The notes beneath the pieces are model-generated. The model searched no databases and had not been told where the DNA came from. It was given only the letters and a program-made list of their open reading frames with translations. Both the position numbers and the translations under genes were made by a program. A stretch of DNA of 64,000 nucleotides, taken from the NCBI RefSeq assembly GCF_963921235.1, contig NC_086097.1, positions 241,678,001 to 241,742,000 on the forward strand, read 5' to 3'. The DNA comes from Mobula hypostoma (taxonomy: Eukaryota). This document shows positions 60,395-64,000 of this stretch, piece after piece (position 1 is the stretch's first letter; each line of letters starts with the position of its first letter).

Positions 60395-60465
60395 CAGTGC
60401 TGTGCAAAACTCTTAGGCCCCCTAGCTATATATATATGTATGTCTAAGACTTTTGCACAGTACTG
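60395..60465. mobile_element. Palindromic mini-MITE
   Basis: TA-cagtgctgtgcaaaactcttagg...ctaagacttttgcacagtactg-TA. Confidence 0.8.
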
Positions 60466-60480
60466 TATCCTCAGTGTGTG

Positions 60481-61270
60481 TCAAGTCAAGTCAAGTCGCT
60501 TTTTCTTGTCATTTCGACCATAAGCTGCTGGTACAGGATACAGTAAAAACAAAACAACGTTCCTCCAGGACCATGGTGCTACATGAAACAACACAAAACT
60601 ACACTAGACTAAGTGAGACAACGCAAGGCTACACCAGACTACGTAAGACAATACAAAAACTACACTAGACTACAGACCTACACAGGACTACACAAAGTGC
60701 ACAAAACAGTGCAGGGCAGTACAATAAATAATAAACAAGACAATAGGCACAGTAGAGGACAAATTGCAATATAATGATAAATGATGTAGATGTCAGTCTA
60801 GACTCTGGGTATTAAGGAGTCTGATGGCTTGGGGGGAGAAACTGATGCACAGTCTGGTTGTGAGAGCCCAAATGCTTCGGTACCTTTTGCCAGATGGCAG
60901 GAGGGAGAAGAGTTTGTATGAGGGGTGCGTGGGGTCCTTCACAATGCTCTTGGCTTTGTGGGTGCAGCGTGTGGTGTAAATGTCTGTAATGGCGGGAGGA
61001 GAGACTCCGATGATCTTCTCAGCTGACCTCACTATCCGCTGCAGGGTCTTGCGATCCGAGACGGTGCAATTTCCGAACCAGGCAGTGATGCAGCTGCTCA
61101 GGATGCTCTCGATACATCCTCTGTACAATGTGGTGAGGATGGGGGGTGGGAGATGGACTTTTCTCAGCCTTTACAGAAAGTGGAGACACTGCTGGGCTTT
61201 CTTTGCTATGGAGCTGGTGTTGAGGGGCCAGGTGAGATTCTCCGCCAGGTGAACACCAAGAAATTTGTTG
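60481..61270 (-). mobile_element. Rex1/Babar LINE 3' fragment
   Basis: ORF 60793-61128 [19 protein letters not shown]...LLPSGKRYRS; (GACTT)n tail. Confidence 0.9.
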
Positions 61271-61411
61271 TCCTTCACTGCTGTAGCCCGTCTACTTCCG
61301 GTTTGACGTGTTGTGCATTCAGAGAGGCTCTTCTGCTCACCATTGCTGTAGTGTGTGGTTATTTGAGTTACTGTCACCTTCCTGTCAGCTTGAACCAGAT
61401 TGGCCATTCTT

Positions 61412-62370
61412 AGAATCATAGAAGCAATGAAACATAGAAAACCTACAGCACAGTACAGGCCCTTTGGCCCACAAAGCTGTGCCAAACATGTCTTTACCTT
61501 AGAACTACCTAGGCTTACCCATAGCCCTCTATTTTTCTAAGCTCCATGGATCCATCCAGGAGTCTCTTAAAAGACCCTATCGTCTCCACCTCCACTACTG
61601 CCACCGGCAGCCCATTCCACACACTCACCACTCTCTGTGTATAAAAACTTACCCCTGATATCTCCTCTGTACCTACTTCCAAGCTCTTTAAAACTATGCC
61701 CTCTTGAGCTAGCCACTTCAGCCCTGGGAAAAAGCCTCTGGCTATCCACATGATCAATGCCTCTCATTATCTTATACACCTCTCTCAGGTCACCTCTTAT
61801 CCTCCATCGCTCCAAGGGGAAAAGGCCGAGTTCACTCAACCTATTCTCATAAGGCATGCACCCCAATCCAGGCAACATCCTTGTAAATTTCCTCTGCACC
61901 CTTTCTATGGTTTCCACGTCCTTCCTGCAGTGAGGTGACCAGAACTGAGCACAGTTCTCCAAGTAGGGTCTGACCAGGGTCCTATATAGCTGCAACATTA
62001 CCTCTTGGCTCTTAAACTCAAGCCCACAGTTGATGAAGGCCAATGCACCGAATGCCTTCTTAACCACAGAGTCAACCTGCGTAGCAGCTTTGAGTGTCCT
62101 ATGGACTCGGATCCCAAGATCCCTCTGATCCTCCACACTGCCAAGAGTCATTCCATTAATACTATATTCTGCCATCATATTTGACCTACCAAAATGAACC
62201 ACCTCACACTTATCTGGGTTGAACTGCATCTGCCTCTTCTCAGCCCAGTCTTGCATCCTATCGATGTCTTACTGTAACCTCTGACAGCCATCCATGTTAT
62301 CCACAATGCCCCCAACCTTTGTGTCATCAGCAGATTTACTAACCCATCCCTCAACTTCCTCATCCAGGTC
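61412..62370 (-). mobile_element. CR1 3' fragment
   Basis: ORF 61567-62256; same subfamily as 8824-10188. Confidence 0.92.
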
Positions 62371-62625
62371 GTTCTTCTCTGACCACTCTCTCTAACAAGT
62401 CATTTTTTACCCACAGAACTGCCACTCACTGGATGCTTTTTTTGTGGGAGGTTTTTTTTTGCATCAGCTTCTGTTAATTCTAGACAGTGTTGTGCGTGAA
62501 AATCCCAGGAAATCAGCAGTTTCTGAGATACTGAAACCACACCATCTGGCACCAAAGATCATCCATAAGCAAAGTCACTTAGATCCCATTTCTTCCCCAT
62601 TCTGATGCCTGGTCTGAACACAATC

Positions 62626-63267
62626 GACAATAGACAATAGACAATAGGTGCAGGAGTAGGCCATTCAGCCCTTCGAGCCAGCACTGCCATTCACTGTGAT
62701 CATGGCTGATCATCCACTATCAGTATCCAGTTCCTGCCTTATCCCCATAACCTTTGATTCCACTATCTTTAAGAGCTCTATCCATCTCTTTTTTGAAAGC
62801 ATCCAGAGACTTGGCCTCCACCGCCTTCTGGAGCAGAGCATTCCATATATCACCCACTCTCTGGGTGAAAAAGTTTTTCCTCAACTCCGTTCTAAATGGC
62901 CTACCCCTAATTCTTAAACTGTGGCCTCTGGTTCTGGACTCACCCATCAGTGGGAACATGCTTCCTGCCTCCAGCATGTCCAATCCCTTAATAATATTAT
63001 ATGTTTCAATAAGATCCCCTCTCAGCCTTCTAAATTCCAGAGTATACAAGCCCAGTCGCTCCAATCTTTCAACATATGACAGTCCCGCCATCCCAGGAAT
63101 TAACCTTGTGAACCTACGCTGCACTCCCTCAATAGCAAGAGTATCCTTCCTCAAATTTGGAGACCAAAACTGCACACAGTACTCCAGGTGTGGTCTCACC
63201 AAGGCCCTGTACAGCTGCAGAAGGACCTCTTTGCTCTTATACTCAATTCCCCTTGTTATGAAGGCGA
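62626..63267 (-). mobile_element. CR1 3' fragment
   Basis: ORF 62720-63202; (TATTGTC)n tail. Confidence 0.92.
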
Positions 63268-64000
63268 GCTAAACCTCTTGTCCATGTGTATGCTTTCATG
63301 TATTGAGTTGCTGCCACATGACTGGCTGATTGGATATGTACATTAAAGAGCAGGTGTACAGGATAAACTAATAAACTGGACATTTTCTTGTGGGTAGTTG
63401 GTGAAACAGTATGCAGAATGGTAGAGAAATGACAGAAAAATTCATTCTGTTGTGTGCTGGGACTGATAAATATTCTGCACAGTCTTGCGCTTACTCTGCA
63501 AACCAGGAACTTCACAACATAATTATTGTAAAATATGCCAATAAATATATGTTAATTAATATGCAAACAAAATCATAATTTAAGCAGTTCTGCATGGACT
63601 AGATGGGCCAAAGGGCCTGTTTCTGCGCTGTACTTTTCTATGACTTTAAATGTTACCCTGGCGCTGATAATTAGAGCCCATATTATTTCCAATTTCTCTC
63701 GACCTGAATTCCCTTCTCTGTAAACTCGAGGGGTTCTGTTGATCAACTGGAGGTCACAACTGCCTGTGGATATGTGTCATCCATTGAACACACCCCTGGC
63801 CATTTTTTATTTTTCTTAACATAATGTACATAATTAATCTTTATCCCTTTCTTTCTGACACCTCCCATAGGAGATTTTCCCTTCTGCTTTTGCCATTAGA
63901 CGTTCTGTCTTGCCAAGGTCACAGCTGCTGGTCTTTGTCGTGCTTCGGCATACAACTGGAGTTGTATTTGACCAGTGTCGTTGTTAAATTCAGAGACTGA

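Larger units (their letters stand above)
61275..63385 (-). mobile_element. Tc1 derivative in three pieces (61275-61410, 62372-62623, 63270-63385) separated by two CR1 insertions
   Basis: The pieces are collinear reverse-complement homologues of 58235-58694. Confidence 0.78.

Noticed and set aside
63800..64000. Possible terminal exon at the window edge (minus frame ending ARQNV*, AATAAA downstream)
   Set aside because: Truncated by the window, peptide unrecognised, and equally plausible + strand acceptors exist.

Overview
Vertebrate nuclear DNA made almost entirely of transposable elements. The HER1-type CR1 LINEs, V-type SINEs and Penelope repeats suggest a cartilaginous fish, probably a ray (inference from repeat content). 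No host gene, rRNA, tRNA gene or CRISPR array can be supported. Contents: more than 25 nested CR1 fragments including one nearly full-length copy (824-6448), Rex1/Babar LINE fragments, two fish-type L1 3' fragments with TSDs, a decayed Penelope element plus several TSD-flanked inverted Penelope mini-insertions with minimal hammerhead motifs, RTE-derived non-autonomous elements, SINEs, Tc1-derived MITEs, a solo LTR and two decayed sushi-type Gypsy 5' ends. The best-preserved element is a complete 4.46-kb Mag-like Ty3/Gypsy retrotransposon (20148-24607, minus). It has no tRNA primer-binding site. Instead, 16 nt after the 5' LTR are perfectly complementary to the LTR's own poly(A)-signal region, and its RT has YLDN rather than YxDD. 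Family names come from motif recognition, not database searches; boundaries without a TSD are approximate.
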